Source: a virus (Duplodnaviria; Caudoviricetes). Taken from it: a DNA stretch of 36,263 bases. Positions 26,366 through 34,451 of the stretch are shown in pieces (within the stretch, counting starts at the first letter, position 1; each line of letters starts with the position of its first letter). The notes under the pieces were generated by a model, which did not search any database, was not told the origin of the DNA, and saw only the letters and a list, made by a program, of their open reading frames with translations. The stretch covers positions 1 through 36,263 of the IMG/VR virus record IMGVR_UViG_3300032255_000009, one strand, 5' to 3'. A program made the position numbers and the translations under genes.

Positions 26366-26901
26366 GTTGCCCTGAGTGTGCTGCGAAGTTTGACCTGGGT
26401 CAGGCAATGGAAGATGCCGATGCACGTCGATTAATGGATTTAATTAAGGACATACAACCCTTAGTTATTCGTCCTTACTTTCGCTACTTAAAATTATTCA
26501 AACCACAAAAGCAAGGTTTACGCTGGTCAAAAATGTTAACGCTAACAAAAGAACTGGCTCCGATGATTAAGGATGCTCAAATAAAACATAACCATGCAAT
26601 GTATGCCGTGCCACCAACAGCATGGGCAGAGGCAATGAATGACCTGGTCGACAACCCACCAGCAACATTAAAGCTGCCGTTAAAAGGGCATGGGTACTTA
26701 TTATCCATTCTTGCCGCCAAGGCTGAAAAAGTGGCAGCCAAAGAAGAACGCAAAACAGAAGAAAGAAAGCAGCGTCCGCGTGAAGGTGTTGAACAACAGC
26801 CTAACCAGGTATCGAACGTGATCAAAAAAGCAAAACCAAAAATGCCAGAAGGTTTTCTTAGAAAAGCAGTTTATGACAATAAAAACAATCAAGAGGAATG
26901 A
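26350..26901 (+). CDS. Phage hypothetical protein with N-terminal CxxC
   Basis: CPEC, YLKLFKP.KQGLRW, LKLPLKGHGYL motifs. Confidence 0.78.
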   Translation: MALYLSCPECAAKFDLGQAMEDADARRLMDLIKDIQPLVIRPYFRYLKLFKPQKQGLRWSKMLTLTKELAPMIKDAQIKHNHAMYAVPPTAWAEAMNDLVDNPPATLKLPLKGHGYLLSILAAKAEKVAAKEERKTEERKQRPREGVEQQPNQVSNVIKKAKPKMPEGFLRKAVYDNKNNQEE

Positions 26902-27314
26902 GTATGGATATCCAGATTCAAGAACGGCTTGAAATTAAACATAAAGTTGATGCCTTGTTAAAAAAACACATGGGGCCAGAAGATTGTATTTTAATGAATG
27001 AAATATTTGTTGAAGTCACAGGGGGACACATCATTCCTAATCGCCGTTTAGATCAGACTCGCTTTATTAGAACCATCATTAAAGAGCTTCGTGAACAGGG
27101 ATGTCCCATTGGTATTAAGGGTGGTAAGAATGGTGGTTACTTCACCGCCCGTAATGATGAAGAACTGAAAAAAACAATTGAAACATTCCACAGTCGAGCC
27201 ATGAGCTCACTCAAACAAGAAGCGGCATTAAAACGCATTAGCTTTAACGAATTACTTGAACAATATGAACTTGAACTTTCACTAGAAGCAACACAGGAGA
27301 AAATAGCATTATGA
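26898..27314 (+). CDS. Winged-HTH-like hypothetical protein
   Basis: RFIRTIIKELREQGCPI...GGYF. Confidence 0.72.
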   Translation: MSMDIQIQERLEIKHKVDALLKKHMGPEDCILMNEIFVEVTGGHIIPNRRLDQTRFIRTIIKELREQGCPIGIKGGKNGGYFTARNDEELKKTIETFHSRAMSSLKQEAALKRISFNELLEQYELELSLEATQEKIAL

Positions 27315-27934
27315 GCAACTCAGCAAAACAAATCCCTGACGGGTACATGCAAGATCAACAAGGTAAGTTGGTGCCCTTTGATATGGTACGACCAATTGAT
27401 ATTGAACGTAATGACATGGTTCTTAATCTGGTTGACCAGGCAAAAACAAAAAGCGTCGAGTTAGCGGCATTTAAACAAAACGCAATGAACGCGATTGAAA
27501 AATTTGTTAACCACTCTGGCAGAAAGTACCAGGTAAAGATGGGCGGCAATAAAGGCAATGTCACGCTTATGAGTTATGACGGTCGTTTTAAGATTCAACG
27601 TGCCATTGCTGATCATCTTGTTTTTGATGAACGACTTCAGGTTGCCAAAGAACTCATTGATGAATGTATTAATGAATGGACAGAAGGAAGTCGTTCTGAA
27701 ATCAAGGTATTGATCAACGATGCTTTTCAAGTCGACAAACAAGGCAGAGTGAGTACTTCAAAAATATTAGGCTTACGTCGTCACGATATTAAACATCGGA
27801 AATGGAAGAGAGCGATGAAAGCCATTAGTGATTCAATCCAAGTCGCTGGTAGTAAGCCATATATACGCATCTATGAACGTATGGGTGATACTGATGAGTA
27901 TAAACCTATTCCGTTAGATGTGGCTGCGTTATGA
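27311..27934 (+). CDS. DUF3164 family protein
   Basis: GNKGNVTLMSYDG, FDERLQVAKELIDEC, AFQVDKQG, SKPYIRIYER. Confidence 0.88.
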   Translation: MSNSAKQIPDGYMQDQQGKLVPFDMVRPIDIERNDMVLNLVDQAKTKSVELAAFKQNAMNAIEKFVNHSGRKYQVKMGGNKGNVTLMSYDGRFKIQRAIADHLVFDERLQVAKELIDECINEWTEGSRSEIKVLINDAFQVDKQGRVSTSKILGLRRHDIKHRKWKRAMKAISDSIQVAGSKPYIRIYERMGDTDEYKPIPLDVAAL

Positions 27935-28203
27935 ATACCCCTAACTTCGTGGAAGCCATGAACATACTTGCACATGACAATAATATGCCACTTAAAAAAC
28001 AAGATGAATGGCCTGACTTTATTAATTATGAATTACTTGAAAAACAGGCATCTTCTTTTACAAAAGATGAATTAAATATTTTTGTTGCAGGAGAAATTAG
28101 CGAGATGAATGCTTTAGCAAAAAAACATAAGTGTGAAATGCTGAATATGTTTTTAAATGAAGCATTTGACGGTTCATTGAGTGGATATTTTTTCTATCCA
28201 TAA
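27931..28203 (+). CDS. Hypothetical protein
   Basis: ATGA-coupled AT-rich ORF. Confidence 0.65.
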   Translation: MNTPNFVEAMNILAHDNNMPLKKQDEWPDFINYELLEKQASSFTKDELNIFVAGEISEMNALAKKHKCEMLNMFLNEAFDGSLSGYFFYP

Positions 28204-28217
28204 TAAAGATATTTACT

Positions 28218-28444
28218 ATGACAAATAAAATAGATGACATGTTTGGTGATAAGCCGCCTCGGCAAAAACCTAAAGTTATTGCTCACGTGATTGATGCAGG
28301 TGAAGGTGCTTTATTTAAGTGTAAAAAATGTGGCTGGAAACGGGCTGGTTATTTGTAGGAGATAAGTTTACTAAAACTCAAGTCTTGCGTGGTGTTCCAT
28401 GTGAAACGTGCAACGGAGGAAATAATGAGCAATCCAAAAATTGA
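28218..28444 (+). pseudogene. Frameshifted small zinc-ribbon protein
   Basis: ...HVIDAG..FKCKKCGW then stop at 28358; -1 frame from ~28337 gives ETGWLF...RGVPCETCN, completing CxxC..CxxC. Confidence 0.7.
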
Positions 28445-28673
28445 GATTGAATTTTGTGTCTTTAAATTGGCAAGCTGGGCACCGTATTTACCCAATCAAC
28501 ATTTCGACTGGGCATATCGAGTGACATCACAAACTGGCAATCAAGTGATTGGTGTATGCAATGGTAAAAAATCTATCGCTAAACAAAAAGCAAAAGCCGT
28601 TGCTAATAAAATGAAGCTTCTGGCGGTGAATGGTCGTGACAAGTATAAGTTCAGCATTGCAAAAGCACATTAA
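28425..28673 (+). CDS. Hypothetical protein
   Basis: GGAGG RBS before ATG 28425. Confidence 0.68.
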   Translation: MSNPKIEIEFCVFKLASWAPYLPNQHFDWAYRVTSQTGNQVIGVCNGKKSIAKQKAKAVANKMKLLAVNGRDKYKFSIAKAH

Positions 28674-28920
28674 CAACACACCAGACTGGGTGTGCTGGGT
28701 TGCGCAAAATGCAGATTGTCAATGGCGTGGTTATGACAATATGCCAGTGATTGGATTAATACCCAGTGGTGTTTCTGATGATCACCAGATGTATGAGGAC
28801 TGGCTTTACGATGTTGAACATGGAGCAACAGAAATTCAATCAATACCGTTGTTTCAGGATAAACCAAATCCTAATTGGCAAAAAACGTGTAAACGAGTAC
28901 GGAGAATAATAAAACGATGA
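28630..28920 (+). CDS. Phage hypothetical protein (start uncertain)
   Basis: PDWVCWVAQNADCQW motif common in small phage proteins. Confidence 0.62.
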   Translation: MVVTSISSALQKHINNTPDWVCWVAQNADCQWRGYDNMPVIGLIPSGVSDDHQMYEDWLYDVEHGATEIQSIPLFQDKPNPNWQKTCKRVRRIIKR

Positions 28921-29267
28921 AAAATTTACTGATAAGCATAACTATATACATAAGCATGATTGCCATGATGATTGCTGATGAATTTTATGAAATCCAATAT
29001 GCAGGAAATTTAGCTATGTTTATCGCATGGTTTTATATAATTATTGGATTTATAGCAATTACTACTAATCCAGAAGAATTATTCAAGGATACTCCTTCGT
29101 TAATCTGGTTACAAAGATCATTCCAATATCTAATGATTGGCGTGATGATAATGATTGGGTGGACGGTAACTGGGCTATTCTATTTTTTAGCAGCTAGTGC
29201 ATTTCATTTTAAGTACGCTATCTATCTAGAAAAACGTATAAGCGAGAAAAAAGAAAATGAATCCTGA
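28917..29267 (+). CDS. Multi-pass membrane protein
   Basis: Three to four hydrophobic segments; ATGA coupling. Confidence 0.68.
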   Translation: MKNLLISITIYISMIAMMIADEFYEIQYAGNLAMFIAWFYIIIGFIAITTNPEELFKDTPSLIWLQRSFQYLMIGVMIMIGWTVTGLFYFLAASAFHFKYAIYLEKRISEKKENES

Positions 29268-29532
29268 TTTAATAAATGGCTTGTTTGAATTAGTTGGCAG
29301 TTACTTCACATGGATGAATGCGTGGATATTATTCAAAGAAAAAGAAACGAAAGGTGTTTACTGGCCAACGTGGATGTTCTTTAGTGCATGGGGATTATGG
29401 AATCTCTATTACTATCCTGCACTGGGTCAGAGCTTTAGCTTTTATGCTGGCATTGTTTTAGTGGCGGGTAATATTACCTGGGTTGCTTTGGCAATGTATT
29501 ACAAGTATTTCAAGGAACCACAAAATGCCTAA
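29257..29532 (+). CDS. Small 3-TM membrane protein, PQ-loop/SemiSWEET-like topology
   Basis: 91 aa, three hydrophobic helices, KETKGVYW loop, WGLWNLYYY. Confidence 0.6.
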   Translation: MNPDLINGLFELVGSYFTWMNAWILFKEKETKGVYWPTWMFFSAWGLWNLYYYPALGQSFSFYAGIVLVAGNITWVALAMYYKYFKEPQNA

Positions 29533-29980
29533 ACGTTCACCTCGCGCTAGATGTTATACCTTGCTGGCCATCGGTAAAAAACAGCTGGGCTGGGATGATG
29601 ACTTTTATCGTGATGTGTTCCTGGTTAAGTTTGGCGCCACTAAAGTAAATGGTCGTGTTTCGGCAAGTACTCTGGATTTTGGCAAGTTACACGAAGCGGT
29701 TGAATCCATGAAGCGTTCTGGTTTTAAGCCGGTAAAGAAAAATGTTACTTCACGTATGAGTGACTGGCGCGTTCCCCGTATTAAAAAAATTACTGCAATG
29801 TGGTTTGCGCTACATAAAGCTGAAGTCATCAACAACCCCAGCGAAGTGGCTATGCAGCGGTGGTGTGCCAGCATTACTAAAAAAGCCAAACTGGAATGGG
29901 CAACGGCTACTGATCTCAACAACTGTATTGAAGCATTAAAATCCTGGGCGCATCGTGAGCATGTCAAACTTGACCGATAA
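29525..29980 (+). CDS. gemA: GemA (Mu gp16)-like regulator
   Basis: IGKKQLGWDDDFYR, GFKP, KITAMW, CIEALKSW. Confidence 0.88.
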   Translation: MPKRSPRARCYTLLAIGKKQLGWDDDFYRDVFLVKFGATKVNGRVSASTLDFGKLHEAVESMKRSGFKPVKKNVTSRMSDWRVPRIKKITAMWFALHKAEVINNPSEVAMQRWCASITKKAKLEWATATDLNNCIEALKSWAHREHVKLDR

Positions 29981-30401
29981 TCTAAACATTGAGCATGAAG
30001 ATCTTAAGCTGGTTGATCCAAAACTGTTGCCGCCGCAAATGCGAGCTTTTATTCAAATAATAGGTTTACCTGATACGATCACTTTGCTCAATAAAAAAGG
30101 TGGCACGGTATTACGTGTTCCTATTGAAGCGCGAGGAACTAAACTTGAGCAAATTATTGGATATGACTCTGCTCATAATTTATGTCAACATTTTGGGGGT
30201 AAAGTCATTGACTTACCTAAGGCAGATAAAATATTAATACAGTTACGTAACATTGCTATTAATAGCGCAAGAAATAATAAGGATATAAATAAACGATTAT
30301 CTGTGTCGCAAGCTGCTTTAAAATTCAACCTGACCACACGCCATATCACAAACGTATCGCAAGATAATAATGAAAACCCAACCGGTGACCTTTTCGATTG
30401 A
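29961..30401 (+). CDS. mor: Mor/C family transcription activator
   Basis: GGTVLRVP, FGGKVIDLPK, RNIAI, LKFNLTTRHI HTH; precedes lysis genes. Confidence 0.85.
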   Translation: MSNLTDNLNIEHEDLKLVDPKLLPPQMRAFIQIIGLPDTITLLNKKGGTVLRVPIEARGTKLEQIIGYDSAHNLCQHFGGKVIDLPKADKILIQLRNIAINSARNNKDINKRLSVSQAALKFNLTTRHITNVSQDNNENPTGDLFD

Positions 30402-30449
30402 CATAAATTATTAAAGAGCACATTATAATAATCACCCTCTCCCTTTAGT

Positions 30450-30503
30450 GGGGAAACGTTTCCCTCCTATACTCAACCTCTTTATCCTTGCATGCTTTAG
30501 GCA
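30450..30503 (+). promoter_or_regulatory. Late promoter (Plys-equivalent) with Mor/C dyad
   Basis: Perfect palindrome GGGAAACGTTTCCC 30451-30464, CATGCT at 30491-30496; matches 16729-16784. Confidence 0.8.
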
Positions 30504-31063
30504 TGAAAAATGATTTAACAAATTGGCCAAAGGCACTCGATTGGGTATTTGGTGCTGAAGGCGACTATAGCGATGATGCTGATGACGCAGGTGGTGCGAC
30601 ACGCTTCGGTATTTCTCTTCGATATCTGAAAGGAAAGGGTTCGCTTGGCGATATCGATGGTGATGGCGATATTGACGCACAAGATATTCGTGAGTTAAGT
30701 AGAACATCTGCAGCTCCTTTTTATCGAATGGATTTTTGGGATAAATGTCGTTGTGGTGACATGCCTTTCCCGCTTGCCGTAATTATTTTTGACCAGGCAG
30801 TCAACACAGGTTCCCGCACTGCAGCACGCATGTTGCAAAAACACGTGGGTGCAAAACCCGATGGTGTTATTGGCTCAATTACTCTATCTAAAGCCATCGT
30901 TCAATTCCGTAGAAACCCTACATGGTTTGTTGCTTCTTATATGGGCAAGCGTTCTCACTACTACCATGATATTTCAGTTAAAAACCCGACTCTCGAAAAA
31001 TTTATTAATGGTTGGTTTAACCGACTCTTTGAACTTCAACAATTTATTATGGAGAACGCATAA
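30503..31063 (+). CDS. Endolysin, glycoside hydrolase family 108 with peptidoglycan-binding C-terminus
   Basis: EGDYSDDADDAGGATRFGIS, FDQAVNTG, DGVIGSIT, FINGWFNR. Confidence 0.9.
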   Translation: MKNDLTNWPKALDWVFGAEGDYSDDADDAGGATRFGISLRYLKGKGSLGDIDGDGDIDAQDIRELSRTSAAPFYRMDFWDKCRCGDMPFPLAVIIFDQAVNTGSRTAARMLQKHVGAKPDGVIGSITLSKAIVQFRRNPTWFVASYMGKRSHYYHDISVKNPTLEKFINGWFNRLFELQQFIMENA

Positions 31064-31653
31064 TGGATCCTATTTCAATTGCATACGGCCTGGCAAAGTT
31101 TGCTCCAACCATTGCCGGTTGGTTTGGCGGTGATGATGCTGAAGAAGCAGCAGAAAAAGTCGTTGGTATTGCGAAGCAAGTCACAGGGTTGGACGACCCT
31201 CAAGATGCGATGGCGAAAATACAAAACGACCCTACCTTACAAATTCAATTTCAACAGGCGATGAACCCCGTCATCATTGCACGCCTAGATGCAGAAACTA
31301 AACAGCAAGCCGAAATTAACGCGACCATGCGTGCCGAGCTTAACTCTAACGATAAATTTAAAAGCTATTGGCGTCCTGCATTAGGTTGGTCTGTTGTTTT
31401 AAGTTTTGCGGCCATGATGTTCTCAATTGTTTTTGTTCTTATGTATGGCGTTATGAAAAACCCTACTGTTATTAAAGATTTTATCACGGCTTTAAGTTCC
31501 TTGATGGGTACCATGACTGTGATATGGACAATGGCTTTTGGTGCACTAGGAATTAACGTTGTAAAACGCAGCGACGATAAAGCCCTTGCTGCAGGCCAAC
31601 CACCAAAACCAAAGCTGCTCGGTTCACTCGCAAGTAAGTGGTTAGGTAAGTAA
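31063..31653 (+). CDS. Holin-like protein (3TM, GTA-holin type)
   Basis: INATMRAE, WRPALGW, hydrophobic helices, RSDDK; coupled to lysin. Confidence 0.8.
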   Translation: MDPISIAYGLAKFAPTIAGWFGGDDAEEAAEKVVGIAKQVTGLDDPQDAMAKIQNDPTLQIQFQQAMNPVIIARLDAETKQQAEINATMRAELNSNDKFKSYWRPALGWSVVLSFAAMMFSIVFVLMYGVMKNPTVIKDFITALSSLMGTMTVIWTMAFGALGINVVKRSDDKALAAGQPPKPKLLGSLASKWLGK

Positions 31654-31656
31654 CAA

Positions 31657-31875
31657 ATGGATGAAGCTGATCACGCTCAAGTTTATGAAGAGCAAGCGAG
31701 AGAACGTGGAATACAGAATGCGAGACAGCAGCATAATGAACCGGCACTAATAATAAAAGGTAAGCGGATGTGTGTTGATTGTGAAGAAGAGATTAATCCA
31801 AAACGTGTTGAAGCGGTCAATGCTATTCGTTGCGAAGAGTGCCAACCTTTATATGAAAAATGGAGTGCGCGGTAA
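31657..31875 (+). CDS. TraR/DksA C4 zinc-finger protein
   Basis: MDEADHA N-terminus, CVDC..I..KR....RCEECQ. Confidence 0.88.
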   Translation: MDEADHAQVYEEQARERGIQNARQQHNEPALIIKGKRMCVDCEEEINPKRVEAVNAIRCEECQPLYEKWSAR

Positions 31876-32108
31876 TGGCTGAACAGGATGAAGTAATGTT
31901 TATGTTAGGAAAAATAAAAGGCCAACTAGAAGGTGTGCAAAAAAGTGTTGATGCACAAAATGTTTCCGTTACTAATATTGATAAACGATTACGAACAGTT
32001 GAAAAATCAGCAGCCGTACATGGTGCTGTTGGCGGAGGCTTAGTTGGAGTAGGTATTGCACTTATATCTGAAAGTATTAAAGCCGCTTTTAAAACACACG
32101 GAGCATGA
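31875..32108 (+). CDS. Small coiled-coil protein with C-terminal TM segment
   Basis: IDKRLRTVEKSAAVHGAVGGGLVGVGIALI; TAATG coupling. Confidence 0.75.
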   Translation: MAEQDEVMFMLGKIKGQLEGVQKSVDAQNVSVTNIDKRLRTVEKSAAVHGAVGGGLVGVGIALISESIKAAFKTHGA

Positions 32109-32111
32109 ACA

Positions 32112-32609
32112 ATGGCGCACACCAAGGAAACCCGTAATGCTGTTCGGTCATCCTTTGTTTATGATCGTTTGCCACTAGAAGCGGCGGCTGATAAACATAG
32201 TGTGAGTTATAACACGGTACGCACATGGAAGAAGCGTGACAAAAAACATGGTGATGACTGGGACAAGGCCCGCGCTGCCCGACGCATGGCCGATGGCAGT
32301 CTGGGTGAAATCACGGCTATTGTTGTTGAAGATTTTTCATTGCTGTTCAAATCCGTAGTAAACGACATCACTACGGGCGAGTATGACGGCCTCAAAAAAG
32401 CCGCTGCATTATCACAACTTAGTGATGCATATGTAAAAACCATGCGTGCTGCTGCAGGCGGTGATCCTAAAATTGCGAAGTTATCTGTTGCTTTAGAAAC
32501 CGTACAACTTTTAGCAAAGCATATTAAAGATGAACACCCTGACATGCTCGAACGTTTTACAAATATTCTTGATCCCTTTGGTGCTAAAGTGAATGAGGTC
32601 TTTGGGTGA
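32112..32609 (+). CDS. Putative terminase small subunit (DUF1804-like)
   Basis: MAH..ETR.AVR..FV, TVRTWK, GDDWDKARAA; upstream of large terminase. Confidence 0.8.
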   Translation: MAHTKETRNAVRSSFVYDRLPLEAAADKHSVSYNTVRTWKKRDKKHGDDWDKARAARRMADGSLGEITAIVVEDFSLLFKSVVNDITTGEYDGLKKAAALSQLSDAYVKTMRAAAGGDPKIAKLSVALETVQLLAKHIKDEHPDMLERFTNILDPFGAKVNEVFG

Positions 32610-32713
32610 CACTAACAGATGAAGACCAGCAATATAAAAAAACAAAAGGCATGGTAGCCTTTTTTGTTTTGTTGTTAATCGTCCTTATTGAGCTTGATAT
32701 TTTTCCCTTATGA
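32606..32713 (+). CDS. 35-aa single-TM micro-protein, not in ORF track
   Basis: GTG start: MTLTDEDQQYKKTKGMVAFFVLLLIVLIELDIFPL; GTGA and ATGA overlaps with flanking genes. Confidence 0.65.
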   Translation: MTLTDEDQQYKKTKGMVAFFVLLLIVLIELDIFPL

Positions 32714-34443
32714 AAGATTTAAAAGAAAAAGAATTCCTCGATGAAATTGCTAGTCTTAGAATTGATCTGCAAAATGAAATCGAGGCCAAGCAAGCTAATC
32801 TGGATATGTCACCGGAAGCCAGGGCTGAACGTCGTCGCTGTGTTTTAAAAGACGGTGATTTTGAATTCTTTGCTTACACGTATTTTCCTCATCACATATG
32901 GGGTGAGCAATCTCATTTCCAGAAACATTTTTGTGATTCATTTCCGAAGCTGCTTAATAAAAAAAGTGGTACCCGTTCTTGGTGGGTGGCTCCTCGTGGT
33001 GAAGCCAAGTCATCACTACTAACTAAAATTGGCCCTGTCTGGATTACTGTTCAAGGACTGTTACAAAAAGCAGAAGTGCGTAGTGAAGTTAACTGGCAAG
33101 GTGATGCACCACCTTTTTTAGATTACATTGTTTTTCTTGGTGCTGAATTACGTATGCCAACCAAGTTAATGGAAGCAGTTAAAATGGAGCTGACCATTAA
33201 CAACATGTTAGCAATGGACTTTCCTGAAATTTGCGGTAAAACCAGCAAGTGGAAAATTGGTGAGTTCATTACAAAGAACGGTGTGAAGATGGAACCGTTC
33301 GGTGCTGACCAGGCTATTCGTGGTACGTTTCATTTTGCTTCACGTCCTAAAGTATTACTCGGCGATGATCTCATTACTGATAAAGAAGCCAAGTCACCAA
33401 CCGAACGTGAAAATCGCTGGAACTGGTTAGAAAAGTCGGTTGATTACTTAGGCCCACCTGATGGCAGTGTTAAATATTTAGGTGTTGGTACTATCTTAAA
33501 TAAAGATGATCCCATCTCTCGTGCAAAAAACACAATTGGTCATACCGTTCATCATTTTAGAGCTATCGAGCAATTTCCGCTCCATGTGGAACATTGGGAA
33601 GAATGTGAACGCTTAATGCGTAACGATGATCGTCGTGTTGAATTAGCTCTACAAAAAAAAGGCAAAGAACCTGAAACAGAAGACCTGCCATCATATAAAT
33701 ATTATCTGAAGCATAAAAACAAAATGGATAAAGGTGCTGTGACCTCGTGGCCATCAGTACGAACATTATTCTGGTTGATGCGACAACGTGCAAAGAACAA
33801 ACGCGCATTCGGCACTGAGATGCAAGGCGACGCACGTGCCGATGAAGATAAAGTTTTTACTAAGTATCAATTTTGGGTTCAACGCTTACAGCATTGGATA
33901 ATGCTTGGTGCTTGTGACCCATCAATGGGTAAAGGTGAAACATCCGATCCAAGTTCGCTGCTTGTTGGTGGCTGGGACACAAAAGTAAATAAACTGCATG
34001 TTATTAAAGCAGATATTAAACGACGGGTACCAAGCAAACTATGCTCTGATTTAATACGACTGCAAATTGAATACGGCTGTATAGGTTGGGGTTTTGAAAA
34101 TAATAACGCCTATGAACACATGCGCAAGTCATTTATTGAAGAAGCCAAACGACAAAAAATTATATTACCCCTTGTTGGTATTACCGCTACGGTACCACAA
34201 GAAGTTCGCATTGATTCATTAGAACCAAACATCACTGACATCGATCCCGATATCTTATTTCATTCTGAATTACTTCGGTTGATTGAAGAAATGGATGACT
34301 GGCCAGAGAAACAACCACACCACCATTACGATGGACTGGTTGGATTACATCTTCTTTACTACATGGCCGTTACCCGAGCGGGTGGTCTCCCCAACATTAC
34401 AACTCGTGGGCGCAGGGATAGCGTCAACACGTCGCGCTATTGA
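32710..34443 (+). CDS. Terminase large subunit
   Basis: APRGEAKS Walker A, LLGDD Walker B, VGT, ACDPSMG nuclease, HYDG. Confidence 0.93.
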   Translation: MKDLKEKEFLDEIASLRIDLQNEIEAKQANLDMSPEARAERRRCVLKDGDFEFFAYTYFPHHIWGEQSHFQKHFCDSFPKLLNKKSGTRSWWVAPRGEAKSSLLTKIGPVWITVQGLLQKAEVRSEVNWQGDAPPFLDYIVFLGAELRMPTKLMEAVKMELTINNMLAMDFPEICGKTSKWKIGEFITKNGVKMEPFGADQAIRGTFHFASRPKVLLGDDLITDKEAKSPTERENRWNWLEKSVDYLGPPDGSVKYLGVGTILNKDDPISRAKNTIGHTVHHFRAIEQFPLHVEHWEECERLMRNDDRRVELALQKKGKEPETEDLPSYKYYLKHKNKMDKGAVTSWPSVRTLFWLMRQRAKNKRAFGTEMQGDARADEDKVFTKYQFWVQRLQHWIMLGACDPSMGKGETSDPSSLLVGGWDTKVNKLHVIKADIKRRVPSKLCSDLIRLQIEYGCIGWGFENNNAYEHMRKSFIEEAKRQKIILPLVGITATVPQEVRIDSLEPNITDIDPDILFHSELLRLIEEMDDWPEKQPHHHYDGLVGLHLLYYMAVTRAGGLPNITTRGRRDSVNTSRY

Positions 34444-34451
34444 GGTGAAAC

